64,000 nt of DNA from Squalus acanthias (lineage: Eukaryota). The translations under genes were made by a program, and so were the position numbers. The notes beneath the pieces were generated by a model. The model worked only from the letters and a program-made list of their open reading frames with translations. It did not search any database and was not told where the DNA came from. The DNA lies in the NCBI GenBank assembly GCA_030390025.1, contig JASTWF010000343.1, forward strand, positions 124,001 through 188,000, in the 5' to 3' direction. Below, piece by piece: positions 26,531 to 39,859 of this stretch; position 1 is the stretch's first letter; each line of letters opens with the position of its first letter.

Positions 26531-28667
26531 CGATACAGAAGAAGATAGAGAGAGAAACCACAGACCCCACACAGGAGCGGGGCCAAGAACAGTTCCCAGT
26601 GATTCCACCCACAGCTCACACCCAAGCTCGCAGAGAGATTGGAAGGAGCAAGTGGGGAATGGGACCTACTTCTTCCCCTTCCTCGCCCCCTCTCCATCGC
26701 GCCCGCTGTAACCTCCTCCCCCTCAGGGGTGTGTATTCCAAGGCTGGGAACATCCTCTCACTCCCCAGAAAGTTCGAAACACTCTCTTTAAATTGGCATT
26801 ATGCTGCTGATTCCTGTGGGACACTTATTAAAATCACCGTCCCGGGATTTATTTTTGAATCTTGACATTCGTGAACGGTGTGACAGAGGGGCTTTTCTGC
26901 AGAGGCTGGGAGCTGGGCAGTGACTGCACACTGGAGAACCCCAGAGCCTGTGTCTCTCCCTGTGTGTTTAACCCAGTCAACTCTCTCTGTGTCTCTCCCT
27001 CTGCCTCTCTCTCTCTCTCTCCCTGTTTCTGTCTCCCTCTGTCTCTCTTTCTTTCTCCCCCATTTATTTCTCCCTATCTTGGATTTAATCTTGATTGAAA
27101 TGTACTCTGACATATTTCTGGCTCACCGTTTAAAACAACGACAAATCCAATTTTTGTGGATGGCATTTTTACTTATTAAAGGGTAGAATAGAGAAATTGA
27201 GAGGCAGTCAAAGATGGAGAGAATGTAAATATCTCATTGCTGTATGTCATTTTTTAAACATAGTTAAAGTTGAAAGAGACAGATAGAGGGAGAGGGTAAA
27301 AAAAGTGATACAGACAGAGAGAGATATAGAGAGAGACAGACAGAGGGAGAGAAAGAGAGAGACAGGCAGAGGGAGATATAGAGAGAGACAGACAGAGCGA
27401 GAGATAGAGAGAGACAGACTGAGGGAGGGAGAGAGACATGCAGAGGGAGGGAGAGAGACAGACAGAATGAGGCAGAGAGACAGACAGAGGGAGAGAGAGA
27501 CAGACAGAGGGCGAGAAAGAGCCGGACAGAAGGGAAGATGAAGAAAGAGAGAGACAGAGATATCCACACTCAGAACCACAGTTAAATGAATGGTGTTTAT
27601 CCCAGTCAACTCTCTGTGTCTCTCCCTCTGTATCTCTCTCTCTCTCTCCCTTTTATTTCTCCCTATCTCGGATTTAATCGTGATTGAAATGTACTCTGAA
27701 ATTATTCTGTCTCACCATTTAAAATAACGACAAATTCAATTGTTGTGGGCGGCACTGTTTACGTATTAAATGGTTAAATAGAGAATTTGAGAGACAGTCA
27801 AAGGTGGAGAGAAAGAGAGACAGAGGGAAAGAGGAGAGAAATTGAGTGATCAACAACTTGTATTTATACAGCGCCTTTAACATATTAAAACGTCCCAAGG
27901 CGCTGCACAGCAGTATTGAAAGACAAAAAAATTGACATAAGAAACATATCATTGCTTTCTGTCATTTTTTAAACAGAGTTAAGGCTGAAAGAGACCGACA
28001 GAGGGAGAGGGTGAGAAAGAGAGATACAGAGAGAGGGAGAGATAGAGAGCGACCGACAGAGGGAGAGAAAGAGAGAGATTGAGAGAGAGACAGACAGACA
28101 GGGAGAGAAAGAGAGAGAGAGAGAGAGAAAGACACGGAGAGAGAAAGAGAGAGTGACAGAGGGAGAGAAAGAGACAGACAGAAGGAAAGATGTAGAAAGA
28201 GAGACACAGAGAAATCCACACTCAGAACCTCAGTAAAATGAATTAAAATGGTGTTTATCCCAGTCAACTCTCTCTGTCTCTGCCTCTGCCTCTCCCTCTC
28301 TCTCTCTCCCTTTTATTTCTCCCTATCTCGGATTTTGTCCTGATTGAAATGTACTCTGAAATGTTTCTTTGTCACCATTTATAATATCGACAAATCCTCT
28401 TGCTGTGGGCGGCATTGTTTACGTATTTAAGTGTTAAATAGAGAAATTGAGAGACAAGGAAAATGGAGCGAAATTGAGAGACAGAGGGAATAGAGGGAGA
28501 GACAGAGAGAACTCCACACTCAGAACCCCAGTAAAGTGAATTAAAATGGCCAGCGCGCATTTCACTTAACCGATAAAATCATCACACTGTCCAAAACACC
28601 AGCATTATTCAGGAATTATAAAAAGCCTGTAGTCGGGTCATGTTGAGGACTTTAATTTCAGAACCTC

Positions 28668-28838
28668 AGGAGCGCTTTACAGCCAATGAGCTCATTTTTG
28701 AAATGTAGTCACTGTTGTACTGTAGGAAACACGGCAGCCAATTTGAGAACGGCAAGCTCCCACAAGCAACAGTGTGATAAAAACCGGATGGTCTGTTCCA
28801 GTGATTTTGGTTGAGGGATAAATATTGTCCCCACGACA
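28668..28838 (-). mobile_element. DeuSINE-like 3' fragment (second copy at ~25850-25978)
   Basis: The - strand reads aatatttatccctcaacca...gctgtttgtgggagcttg...aattggctgccgtgtttcctaca...gtgactaca, resembling my recollection of the AmnSINE1/SacSINE1-type body. Confidence 0.55.
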
Positions 28839-29352
28839 TCAGAGAGACACCAGCAGAGGGCGGTAGAGATAGGCATGCAACTGAGTGTCCTGTGATAGAG
28901 AGAAACCAACAGAGGGAGAGAGAGAGAAAGGTGTGTACCTCTGTGTAGTGACTGATACAGAAGCAAATAGAGAGAGAAACCTCAGGCCCAGCACAAGCGG
29001 GGCCAAGAACAGGCCCCAGTGAAAAAGCTCGATTTGGGGAATGGGACCTACTTCGTCCCCATTCTCGCCCCCTCTTCCTTTCGTCTGCTGTAAACGCCCC
29101 CTGTCACTATCTCTCTCTCTCTCCCTCTCTTTTGTTCACTCTCCCCCTCTCTCTGTTCCTGTACAGGTTCCCATCTCTATCCCTCTTTTTCATTCACTCA
29201 TCTGCTCTCTCTGTTTCTTTCTCTCTATCTCAGCTTTAATCTTGATTGAAATGTACTCTGAAAGGTTTCTGTCATTTAAAATGACGACAAATCACATTGC
29301 TGTGGGCGGCATTTTTTAGATTTTAAGGGGGAAAAATTCGGTTGCTTTGCAA

Positions 29353-29409
29353 AGAGACAGAGAAAGCTGGAGAGAGAGAAAGAGAGAAATCTAGAGAGAG
29401 AGAGAAAGC

Positions 29410-29450
<41 letters not shown>

Positions 29451-30305
29451 AGAGAGAGAGAAAGCTAGAGAGAGAGAGAGAAAGCTAGAGAGAGAGAAAG
29501 AGAGAATAGAGAGAGAGATAAAGAGAGAAATCTAGAGAGAGAGAAAGCTAGAGAGACAGAGAGAAAGCTAGAGAGAGATAAAGAGAGAAATCTAGAGAGA
29601 GAGAAAGCTAGAGAGAGAGGGAGAAAGCTAGAGAGAGATAAAGAGAGAAACCTAGAGAGAGAGAAAGCTAGAGAGAGATAAAGAGAGAAATCTAGAGAGA
29701 GAGAAAGCTAGAGAGAGAGGGAGAAAGCTAGAGAGAGATAAAGAGAGAAATCTAGAGAGAGTGAAAGCTAGAGAGAGAGGGAGAAAGCTAGAGAGAGATA
29801 AAGAGAGAAATCTAGAGAGAGAGAAAGCTAGAGAGAGAGGGAGAAAGCTAGAGAGAGATAAAGAGAGAAATCTAGAGAGAGAGAAAGCTAGAGAGAGAGG
29901 GAGAAAGCTAGAGAGAGATAAAGAGAGAAATCTAGAGAGAGAGAAAGCTAGAGAGAGAGGGAGAAAGCTAGAGAGAGAGAGAGAGAAATCTAGAGAGAGA
30001 GAAAGCTAGAGAGAGAGAGAGAGAAATCTAGAGAGAGAGAAAGCTAGAGAGAGAGAGAGAAAGCTAGAGAGAGATAAAGAGAGAAATCTAGAGAGAGAGA
30101 AAGCTAGAGAGAGAGAGAGAAAGCTAGAGAGAGATAAAGAGAGAAATCTAGAGAGAGAGAAAGCTAGAGAGAGAGAGAAAGCTACAGAGAGAGAGAGAGA
30201 GAGAAAGCTAGAGAGAGAGAAAGGGAAAGCTAGAGAGAGAGAGATCTAGAGAGAGATCTAGAAAGAGAGAAAGCTGGAGAGAGACAGGGAAAGCTGGAGA
30301 GAGAT
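29353..30305 (+). repeat. (GA)-rich polypurine tract with ~60-bp higher-order units punctuated by AAGCTA/AATCTA
   Basis: Near-identical 60-nt lines at 29701-29940. Confidence 0.97.
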
Positions 30306-31702
30306 AACAACAGCAACTTATCTTCGTATAGTACCTTTAATGTAGTAAATCCTCCCAGGGCGCTTCACAGGAGTGTTATAAAACAACATTTCACATCGAG
30401 CCACATAAAAGAGAAAGATGGAGAAAGACAGAGAAAGATAGAGAGAGAGAGCGAAAGCTGGAGTGAAATAGACACAGTAATAAATCCACACTGAGAACCC
30501 CAGTGAAATTGATTAAAATTGGCCACCGCGCATCTCATTTAACCGTCAAAATCATTGCACTGCCCAAAACACCAGCATTATTCTGCAATTATAACCAGAC
30601 TTGCACAGGTTCACGTTGAGGAATTTACTTTCCTCTTGGTTCCGCACCAGGGGTTAACATGTTTCTGACAGATTGCAAGGCTGGGGCTTCTTTAACCCCA
30701 GGCTTTAAACTTGTTGAAAATTCAAGGCCCACAACCCAACAGTAACAAGTTAACCCGAGGCACCAGAATCCCAGGGTCCCCGAGAGGAAATGCAACCCCG
30801 GGGTAATAAACAGACACAAACTCACGTGGGCCCATTGGGTGCAGCCTCGGGGCGAAGGCCTCGGATTGGCCAATGCGGAGAAAGCTCTTGTCCAATGCAT
30901 TCCTCATCCCAAAGCTCTCTCGCTCACTCTGCATCTTGTTACAGCTTTGCAAATATAATAAATGTCATTGGGAGAAGAGAGATAGAAGGAGATTGGTTAA
31001 GAAACAAAGCAAAAAATGCACAGCAAGAGCCCAGATCTCCCTCTCTCGGTTACACAGAAAATCTCTTAACAACATCCCATTACGAACAAACCCCGGTTAG
31101 AAACCAGAGGATCTAAAGAGTTAATGATTCAGACAGAGAGAAATTGCAAACTTCACAACAAACACACACAGCAGACTGAAAGAGATGTCCCATCTCCTGG
31201 AGGGAGGAGGGATTGGGACTGGGACCTCCCACCAGGTGAGCAGATGGCAGATTCCACCGCTTGAGCCATTGACATGTTGGCTTTGCTCCCTAGGGGCCCT
31301 GTCCATTATCATGCTAATCCAAGGATAGCCCAGGGAAGCACACTGGCAAGGGACATGCTTTTCCTGTTCTGAACGACACAGGATGCAAGATGTTTATTGT
31401 AAACACCCCGAGACAAGGACATGTTTAAAAAATGTCTGGCCAACGCCAGAGACTTCAAACACAGGAGATGGTGGAATATACAAAACCCAACGTTCCCAGA
31501 CCAGATGAGGCAGAAGATGTTGGCACACATTCTAGTTCGGCATCTCTTGTGTCTTTGGAGCAGGTTCTGTTTAATTTTAACATTTCTCTCTCGAATAATA
31601 GGCCTGAGAGAGATCCTGAGACAAATTGAGAACAGATATTCTAAGAATTTGAAAGAGAGCAATTTGCTATTGCATTGCAAATGACGATTATATTGCAAAG
31701 TG

Positions 31703-33260
31703 TTAAGAACATAAGAAACAGGAGCATGAGTAGCTCAATCGGCCCCTCGAGCCTGCTCCGCCATTCAATAAGATCATGGCTGAACCAATCTTGGCCTCAG
31801 CACTACTTTCCCGCTTTCTCCCCATACCCCTTGACATCCTTCTCATTCAAATGTCTGTCAATCTCTGCCATGAATATATTCAATGACTCCGCCTCCACCG
31901 CTCTCTGGGGTAGAGAATTCCAAAGATTCTCGACCTTCTGAGAGAAGAAATTTAATTCATCTCCGACTTAATTCAGCGACCCCTTAGTCTGAAACTATGC
32001 CCCCTAGTTCTAGATACCCCCACTAGGGAAACATCCTCTCAGCATCCACACTTTCAATCCCCCTCAGAATCTTATATGTTTCAATAAGGTCACCTCTCAT
32101 TCTTCTAAACGCCTATGAGTATTGGCCCAACCTGCTCAAACTTTCGTCATACATCAACCCCTTCATCCTAGGAATCAACCTAGCGAACCTTCTCTGTACT
32201 GCCCCCCAATGCAAGTGTATCCTTCCTTAAATATCGAGACCACAACTGTACGCAGTACTCCAGGTGCAGTATCACCAGCGCCCTGTAAATTTGCATCAAA
32301 ACTTCCCTACTTATATAATCCATACCCCTTGCAACATTCCATTAGCCTTCTTAATTACTTGCTGTACCTGCATGCTAACTTTACGTGCTTCATGTACTAG
32401 GACCCCCAAATACCTTTGTACCACAGCATTGTGTAGTCTCACTTAATTTAAATAATAATTTGCGTTTTCATTCTTCCTTCCAAAGTGGTAACCTCACATT
32501 TTAACACATTATACTCCATCTGGAAATTTTTTGCCCACTCACTTAACCTATCTATATCCCTTTGCAGACTCCTTGTCTCCTCCTCAGAACTTGCCAACCC
32601 AACTATCTTTGTATCATCAGCAAATTTGGCTACAGTACACTCGGTCCCTTCATCCAAGTAATTGATAAAGATTGTAAATAGTTGAGGCTCCTGCACTGAT
32701 CCCTGTGGCACCCCACTAGTTACTGATTGCCATCCGGAAAATGACCCATTGTTCATGACTCTCTGTTTTCTGTTAGTTAGTCAATCCCCTATCCATGCAA
32801 AAATATTACCCCATCCCCATGCGCTCTTATCTTGTGCAGTTACCTTTTATGTGGCACCTTATCAAATGCCTTCTAGAAATCCAAATACACTACATCCACG
32901 GGTTCCTCTTTATCCACCCTGTTTGTTACATCCTAAAAGAACTCCAGCAAATTTGTCAAACACGATTTCACTTTCATAAAACCAGGTTGACTCTGCTTGA
33001 TTGTCTTATGATTTTCTAAATGTCCTGCTATTACCCCCTTAATAATGGATTCCAGCATTTTCCCAAAGACCTATGTTAGGCTAACTGGCCTATAGCTTTC
33101 TGCTTTCTGCCCCCCTCCTCTCTTGAATAGTGGCATTACATTTGCAGTTTTCCAATCCACTGCTCCCATTCCAGAATCCAGGTAATTTTGGTAGATTACA
33201 ACCAAAGCATCCACTATCTCTGCAGCCACTTATTTTAAGACCGTGGGATGCAGGCCATCA
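31703..33260 (-). mobile_element. CR1 3' part (RT), inserted into the 54-bp satellite
   Basis: SGVPQGSV..LFTIFIN..KFADDTK in 32448..32756; TTCTTATG tail at 31703-31717. Confidence 0.92.
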
Positions 33261-33261
33261 G

Positions 33262-34168
33262 GTATTCCATTGCAATGTGCTATTGAATTGCAAATGACGA
33301 TTATACTGCACAGCGATATTACATTGCAATATGCTATTGCATTGCAAATGACTATCATATTGTAAATTGATTGTCCATTGCAATCTGCTATTGCATTGCA
33401 CATGACTATTATATTGCAAAGTGATATTCCATTGCAATGTGCTATGGCGTTGCATATGACTATTATTTTGCAAAGTGATATTCCATTGCCATGTTCTATT
33501 GCATTACAAATTACTATTATATTGCAAAGTGATATCGTATTGAAATGTTCAATTGCATTGCAAATTCTGATTATATTGCAATTTGATTTTCCATTGCGAT
33601 GTGCTTTTGCATTGCAAATGACACTAATATTGCATAGTTACATTCCATTGCAATGTGTTATTGCATTGCAAATGAAGATTATATTGAAAAGCGATATTGC
33701 ATTGTAATGTGCTATTGCATTGACATGACTATTATATTGCAAAGTGATATTACATTGCAAAATGCTATTGTATTTCAAATGACTATAATATTGCAAAGTG
33801 ATATTCCATGGCAATGTACTATTGCATTGCAAATTACTATTATATTGCAAAGCGAAATTCTATTGCAATGTGCTTTTGCATTGCAAATGGCGATTATATT
33901 GCAAAGTGATATTCCATTCCAATGTGCTATTGCATTTCAAATGACGATTATATTGCAAAGCTATATTCCATTGCAAAGTGCTATTGCATTGCAAATGACT
34001 ATTATATTGCAAAGTGATATTCCATTGCAATGTGCTATTGCATTGCAAATCAATATTATACTGCAAAGTCAGATTCCATTGCAAAGGCAGATTCCACTTT
34101 AAAGCACTATTATAATGCAGCGATATTCCATTGTAATGTGCTATTGCATTGCAAGTGACTATTATATA
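33262..34168 (+). repeat. 54-bp satellite (GATATTCCATTGCAATGTGCTATTGCATTGCAAATGACTATTATATTGCAAAGT), about 17 units
   Basis: 18-aa period in ORF 33653..34102 (LQCAIALQMTIILQSDIP); one stranded unit at 31663-31702. Confidence 0.95.
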
Positions 34169-34465
34169 GGGGTCACTGTTTAAAGATAAGGGGTTGCCCA
34201 TTTAAGACAGAGATGAGGAGATTTTTTTTCTCACAGAGGGTACTGAATCTTTGGAACTCTCTTCCTCAGAGGACGGTAGAAGCAAAGTCTCTGAATATTT
34301 TTAAGGCAGATGTAGATAGATTCTTGATAAACAAGGGAGTGTAAGGTTATCGGGGGTAGGCGGGAATGAGAAGTAATCAGATCAGCCATGATCTTATTGA
34401 ATGGCGGAGCAGGCTGGATGGCCCGAGTGGCCTACTCCTGCTCCTGATTCGTATGTTCGTAAGTA
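34168..34465 (+). mobile_element. CR1 3' end
   Basis: ggggtcactgtttaaagataagggg...ggcctactcctgctcct followed by a ttcgtatg tail. Confidence 0.85.
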
Positions 34466-34916
34466 CGTAATTTCGTATTCTACATCGGTCTCATTAGCCA
34501 ATTTAACCGTTCCAAATCATCTGCCATTTTGGTGAGGCTTGCTCTTCTGAAATCTGGTACGAGTTGCAGGTTCTCAGTACCTTTAGTTCCACTGTGGAAC
34601 TCGCTACCACATGGAGTAGTTGAGGCAAATAACATAGATGCATTTTAGGGAAAGCTGTATAAGTACATGAGGGTCAGAGGAATAGAAGGATGTGAGATTA
34701 AGTAGGGTGGGAGGAGGCTCGTCTAGAGCATAATCAGCGGCATGAACCAGTTGGGCCGAATGGCATGTTTCTGTGATGTAAATTCTATGTAATGTAATAG
34801 ATTAATGTACCTTTTACATTACCCATCAAATACTCCAAGAGCAGGTACAGCATGCGTTAGGTACAGGTAAAAGCTAATTCTACACTGCCTCATCAAACAT
34901 TTCCATGGCAGGTGCA

Positions 34917-35685
34917 TAAGAACATAAGAACATAAGACGTAGCAGCAGGAGTGCGTCATTTGGCCCTTCGAGCCAGCTATGCCATTCAATAAGATCATGG
35001 CTGATCTGATCTTGGCTTCAACTCAACTCCACGTCCCTGCCCGCTACCCATAACCCTTGATTCCCTTACCTTTCAAAAATCTGTCTATCTCCACCTTAAA
35101 TCTATTCAATGAACCAGCCTCCACTGTTCTCTGGGGAAGAGAATTCCAAAGATTCACGACCCTCTGAGAGAAGAAATTCCTCCTAATTTCCGATATAAAT
35201 GGGTGGCCCCTTATTCTGAAACTATGCCCCATAGTTCTGAATTCCCCCATGAGCGGAAACATCCTCTCTGCATCTACCCTGTCAAGCCCCTTCAGAATCT
35301 TATATGTTTCAATAAGCTCCGCTCTCATTCTTCTAAACTCCAATGAGTATAGGCCCAACCTGCTTCAAACTTTCTTCTTAAGACAACACCTTCATCTCCG
35401 GAATCAACCTCATGAACCTTCTCTCAACTGCCTCCCATGTAAGTATATCCTTCCTGAAATAAGGAGACCAAAACTGTACGCAGTACTCCAGGTCTGGTCT
35501 CACCAAGGCCCTGTACAGTTGTAACCGGGCTTCACTACTTTTATACTCCATTCCCTTTGCAATAAAGGCCAACACTTCATTTGCCTTCCTAATTACTTGC
35601 TGTACCTGCATGCTAACTTTTTGTGATTCATGTACAAAGGACACCCATATCCCTCTGCACCTCACCATTGTGTAATCTCTCATTT
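34917..35685 (-). mobile_element. CR1 3' fragment specific to the right arm
   Basis: ORFs 35044..35358 and 35378..35704. TGCA flanks both sides (34913-34916, 35686-35689), and the left arm has an empty site at 12205-12208. Confidence 0.92.
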
Positions 35686-37238
35686 TGCAGCACCTGTTAG
35701 GCATAGGGTGAAACTCCCTCTACACTGTGCCATCAAATTCTCCCAAGCAAGTACAGCATGAGTAAAGCTCCCGCTACCCAATCCCACCAAACACACCTAG
35801 GGCAGGTACAGCACAGACATTCCATTTTGTTCTTTCCTCCGAACCCCCCTTTCGCTGCCTCTGTACTTGCTTAAAATCTGTTACATCTGGAACATTTGCC
35901 AGTAATGATGAAAGGTCATCGAACTGAAACATTAACTCTGTTTGTCTCTCCACAGATGCTGCCTGATTAGGTGTGCAATGTTCCCTGTAAGGTGCGTGGG
36001 TGCGCGGCGATCTGTAAGGTCCCGCGCACTGAAATTCACAGGCAGTGCAGTGAGCTGCAGTGGGCGGAGGGGTCCAATACCCAATGACCCGCGAATCCTC
36101 ACAGAGCCGTTTGTGACCTCACAGAGACGATCAGAATTGGAGCAATATTTGCTGAGATGTGGAGCCTTGGAAGCCGGCGAGTGTTGTCTCGGGATTCCTC
36201 ACTACTTTTTCCCTGGAGATGCATGTAGTCCGTTCCCGGGGACTGAGCGGCGGCCGCACTTTGGAACACCACAGGTGGAGGCGCAGCGCGTATACAATGG
36301 TACAATGGCCGCTGGAAGGAGGCGAAAACAAACATTTTTTAGCCCCGCGTTGAAACAAAACTTTGAGGTTTTTTTTTAATTCTGCAAATTGTTTAAAGCC
36401 GGAAAAGGATACGGGAAAGTGATGTTGAATGTTTCGTGGTAAGTCCCACTTCAATTTTGCCAGGGCTCGTCCCCTTTTTGAAATAGTTTATCCGGATTAT
36501 TTAAATCATGTTGCGAGAGACGGGAAAAGTTTGTGCTCCCGTTTGTACCTCAGAGTCTGAGAGACAGAGGGAACGGCAGCAGAAAAGGAGGAAAATAAAT
36601 CTCCAAAACTGATCCCAACTCATCGCCAAAGCTGGGGAGAGTTAACCTCACCGCCTTCTTAGGAAGTTTAACCACTTTATTCACTTTCTGATTTGAGCTC
36701 CGTTTGGAATTAACCTTTTTGTTGTTCTATGTTTAACGACAGCATTGAAGGGGGAAGGAGAGACTTGGAGCGCCTTGTGTCAAAGCTGCAACGAGACTTG
36801 AAAGAATTTAAAGATTTTTAATGAAATTTTCACAAAAAATGAGTGTTAAAATCATTTTCTCCCTCTAAGTTTCGATTATGATTTTGGAAGAAACAAAAGC
36901 AAAAAATAATTTTCCCCTCATCTAAGCAAGTTTCAACCGTGCGTTGAATTCCAACCGCTTTTAAGGAGGCTCTGAAATGCTTACAATTATTTAAATTGAA
37001 CATTTCTCAATATTTGATTTTGAGAAATCGATTGAAGTGAGTAGCTTTACACAAACATGCAACGATGGTGTTGAGGAGGGGGAGGGCAGGGGAGGATTTG
37101 TAGGAGCTGTATTTTACTTTTAAATGAATTTTTTAAAACATACCATTAAGACTTTTAGGAAGAGAACCAAGAAAGGGGAAAAACACAAACCATTTTCTTT
37201 TGTCTGTCGTTCTATATATCTAACAAGTCGCAGGAAGT

Positions 37239-39859
37239 CTCATGGCTTCAGGTCAACATGGGCAAGGAAACCTCCTGCTGATTACCACCTACCGTCCGCC
37301 CTCAGCTGATGAATCAGTAGTCCTCCATGATGAACACCACTTGGAAGAAGCACTGAAAGTAGCAAGGGCACATAATGTACTCTGGGTGGGGGACTTCAAT
37401 GTCCATCACCAAGAGTGGCTCGTTAGCACCACTACTGACCGAGTTGGCCGAGTCCTGACGGGCATAACTGCCTGTCTGGGCCTGCGACAGGTGGTGAGTG
37501 AACCAACACGAGGGAAATACCTACTTGATACCGTCCTCACCAAGCTACCTGTCGCAGATGCATCTGTCCATGACAGCTTTGGCAGCAGTGACCACCGCAC
37601 AGACATTGTGGAGACGAAGTCCCATCTTCACACTGAGAACACCCTCCATCATGTTGTGTGGCATTACCACTGTGCTAAATGGGATAGATTCAGAACATAT
37701 CTGGCAGCTCAAAACTGGGCATCCACGAGGCGCTGTGGTCCATCAGCAGCAGCAGAATTTTATTCCACCACAATATCTAACCTCATGGCCTGGGATATCC
37801 CTCACTCCACCATTATCACCAAGCCAGGCGACCAACGCTGGTTCAAAAACGAATGTAGAAGAGCATGCAAGTAGCAGCACCAGGTGTATCTAATAATGAG
37901 GTTCCAACCTAGGTAAGCTGCAACACAGGACTACATGTATGCTAAAAATCGGAAGCAGCATGATATAGACAGAGTTAAGCGATCCCACAATCAACGGATC
38001 AGATCAAAGCTCTGCAGTCCTGCAACATTCAGTCGTGAATGGTGGTGGACCATTCAACAACTAACGGGTGGAGGAGGCTCCAAGAATATCCTCATCATCA
38101 ATGATGGTGAAGCCCAGCACGTGAGTGCAAAAGACATGACTGAAGCGTTTGCAACCAACTTCAGCCAGAAGTGCCGAGTGGATGTTCCATAACGGCCTAC
38201 TCCCGAGGTCTCCACCATCATAGAAGCCAGTCTTCAGCCAATTCGATTCACTCCACGTGATATGAAGAAACGGCTGAGCGCACTGGATACAGCAACGGCT
38301 ATTGGTCCCAACAACATCCCGGCTACAGTGCTAAAGACTTGTGCTCCAGAACTAGCTGCGCCTCTATCCAAGCTGTTCCAGTACAGCTACAACACTGGCA
38401 TCCATCCGACAATGTTGAAAACTGCGCAGGTATGTCCTGTTCAAAAAAAAGCAGGACAAATCCAAGCAGGCCAATTAGCGCCCCATCAGTCTACTCTCAA
38501 TCATCAGCAAATAGATGAAAGGTGTCATCGACAGTGCTATCAAGCGGCACTTACTCAACAATAACCTGCTCACTGATGCACAGTTTGGGTTCCGCCAAGA
38601 CCACTTGGCTCCCGAACTCATTACAGCCTTGGTCCAAACATGGACAAAGGAGCTGAATTCCAGAGGTTAGATGAGAGTGACTGCCTGGACATCAAGGCAG
38701 CATTTGACCGAGTCTGGCATCAAGGAGCCCTAGTAAAACTGAAGTCATTGGGAATCAGTAGTAAAACGCTCCATTGGCTGGAGTCATACCTAACACAAAG
38801 GAAGATGGTTGTGGTGGTTGAAGGTCAATCATCACAGCCCCAGGATATCGCTGCAGGATTTCTTCAGGGCAGTGTCCTAGGCTCAACCATCTTCAGCTGC
38901 TTCATCCATGACCTTCCCTCCAACATAAGGTCAGAAATGAGGATGTTCGCTGCTGACTGCACTGTGTTCAGCGCCATTTACAGCTCCACAGATAATGAAG
39001 CAGTCTATGCCCAACATGCAACAAGACCTGGACGACGTTCAGGCTTGGGCTGATAAGTGGCAGGTAACATTCGCGCCACGGAAGTGTCACGCAATGACTA
39101 TCTCCAACAAGCGAGAGTCTAACCACCTCTCCTTGACATTCAATGGCATTTCCATCGCCGGAACCCCCAATATCAACAACCTGGGGGTCACCATTAACCA
39201 GAAACTTAACTGGACCGGCCACATAAATACTGTGGCAACAAGAGCTGGTCAGAGGCTAGGTATTCTGCGACGAGTGTCTCACCTCCTGACTCCCCAAAGC
39301 CTTTCCAACATCTATAAGGCACAAGTAAGGAGTGTAATGGAATACTCTCCACTGGGCTGGATGAGTGCAGCTCCAACAACACTCAAGAAGCTCGACACCA
39401 TTCAGGATAAAGAAACCCGTTTGTTTGGCACCCCATCCACCACCGTTTGCATTCACTCCCTCCACCACTGGTGTACTGTGGCTGCAGTGTGTACCATCTA
39501 CAAGATGCACTGCAGCAACTCGCCAAGGCTTCTTCGTCAGCAGCTCCCAAACCCGCAAACTCTTCCACCTAGAAGGACAAGGGCAGCAGGCGCATGGGAA
39601 CACCACCATCTTCAAGTTCCCCTCCAAGTCACACACCATCCTGATTCAGAAGCATATCGTCGATCCTTCATCGTCGCTGGGTCAGAATCCTGGAACTCCC
39701 TCCTTAACAGCACTGTGGGAGTGCCTTCACCGCACGGACTGCAGCGGTTCAAGAAGGCGGCTCACCACCACCTTCTCAAGGGCAACTAGGGATGGGCAAT
39801 AAATGCTGGCATTGCGAGCGACGCCGTGATCGCACAAAACGAATAAAAATAAATTACAA
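37239..39859 (+). mobile_element. CR1/L2-group LINE ORF2 (APE plus RT), 5'-truncated and frameshifted, specific to the right arm
   Basis: WVGDFNVHH, SDHR, LDIKAAFDRVWH, QGSVLG and MFAAD motifs across ORFs 37242..39789. The flanks rejoin as the uninterrupted left-arm sequence at ~10640-10670. Confidence 0.93.

Larger units (their letters stand above)
24200..30640. repeat. Modular complex repeat: conserved AT-rich blocks alternating with CT and GA tracts
   Basis: Block CTATCTcggaTTTAATCgTGAtTGAAAtGTACTCTGA at ~24213, 25392, 27073, 27662, 28322, 29225. Block CCACACTCAGAACC at 20331, 24399, 25697, 27564, 28216, 28514, 30486. Confidence 0.85.

Noticed and set aside
33258..34201. Cys/His-periodic ORFs resembling zinc-finger or repeat proteins
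   Set aside because: Satellite translation with scattered stops on both strands.
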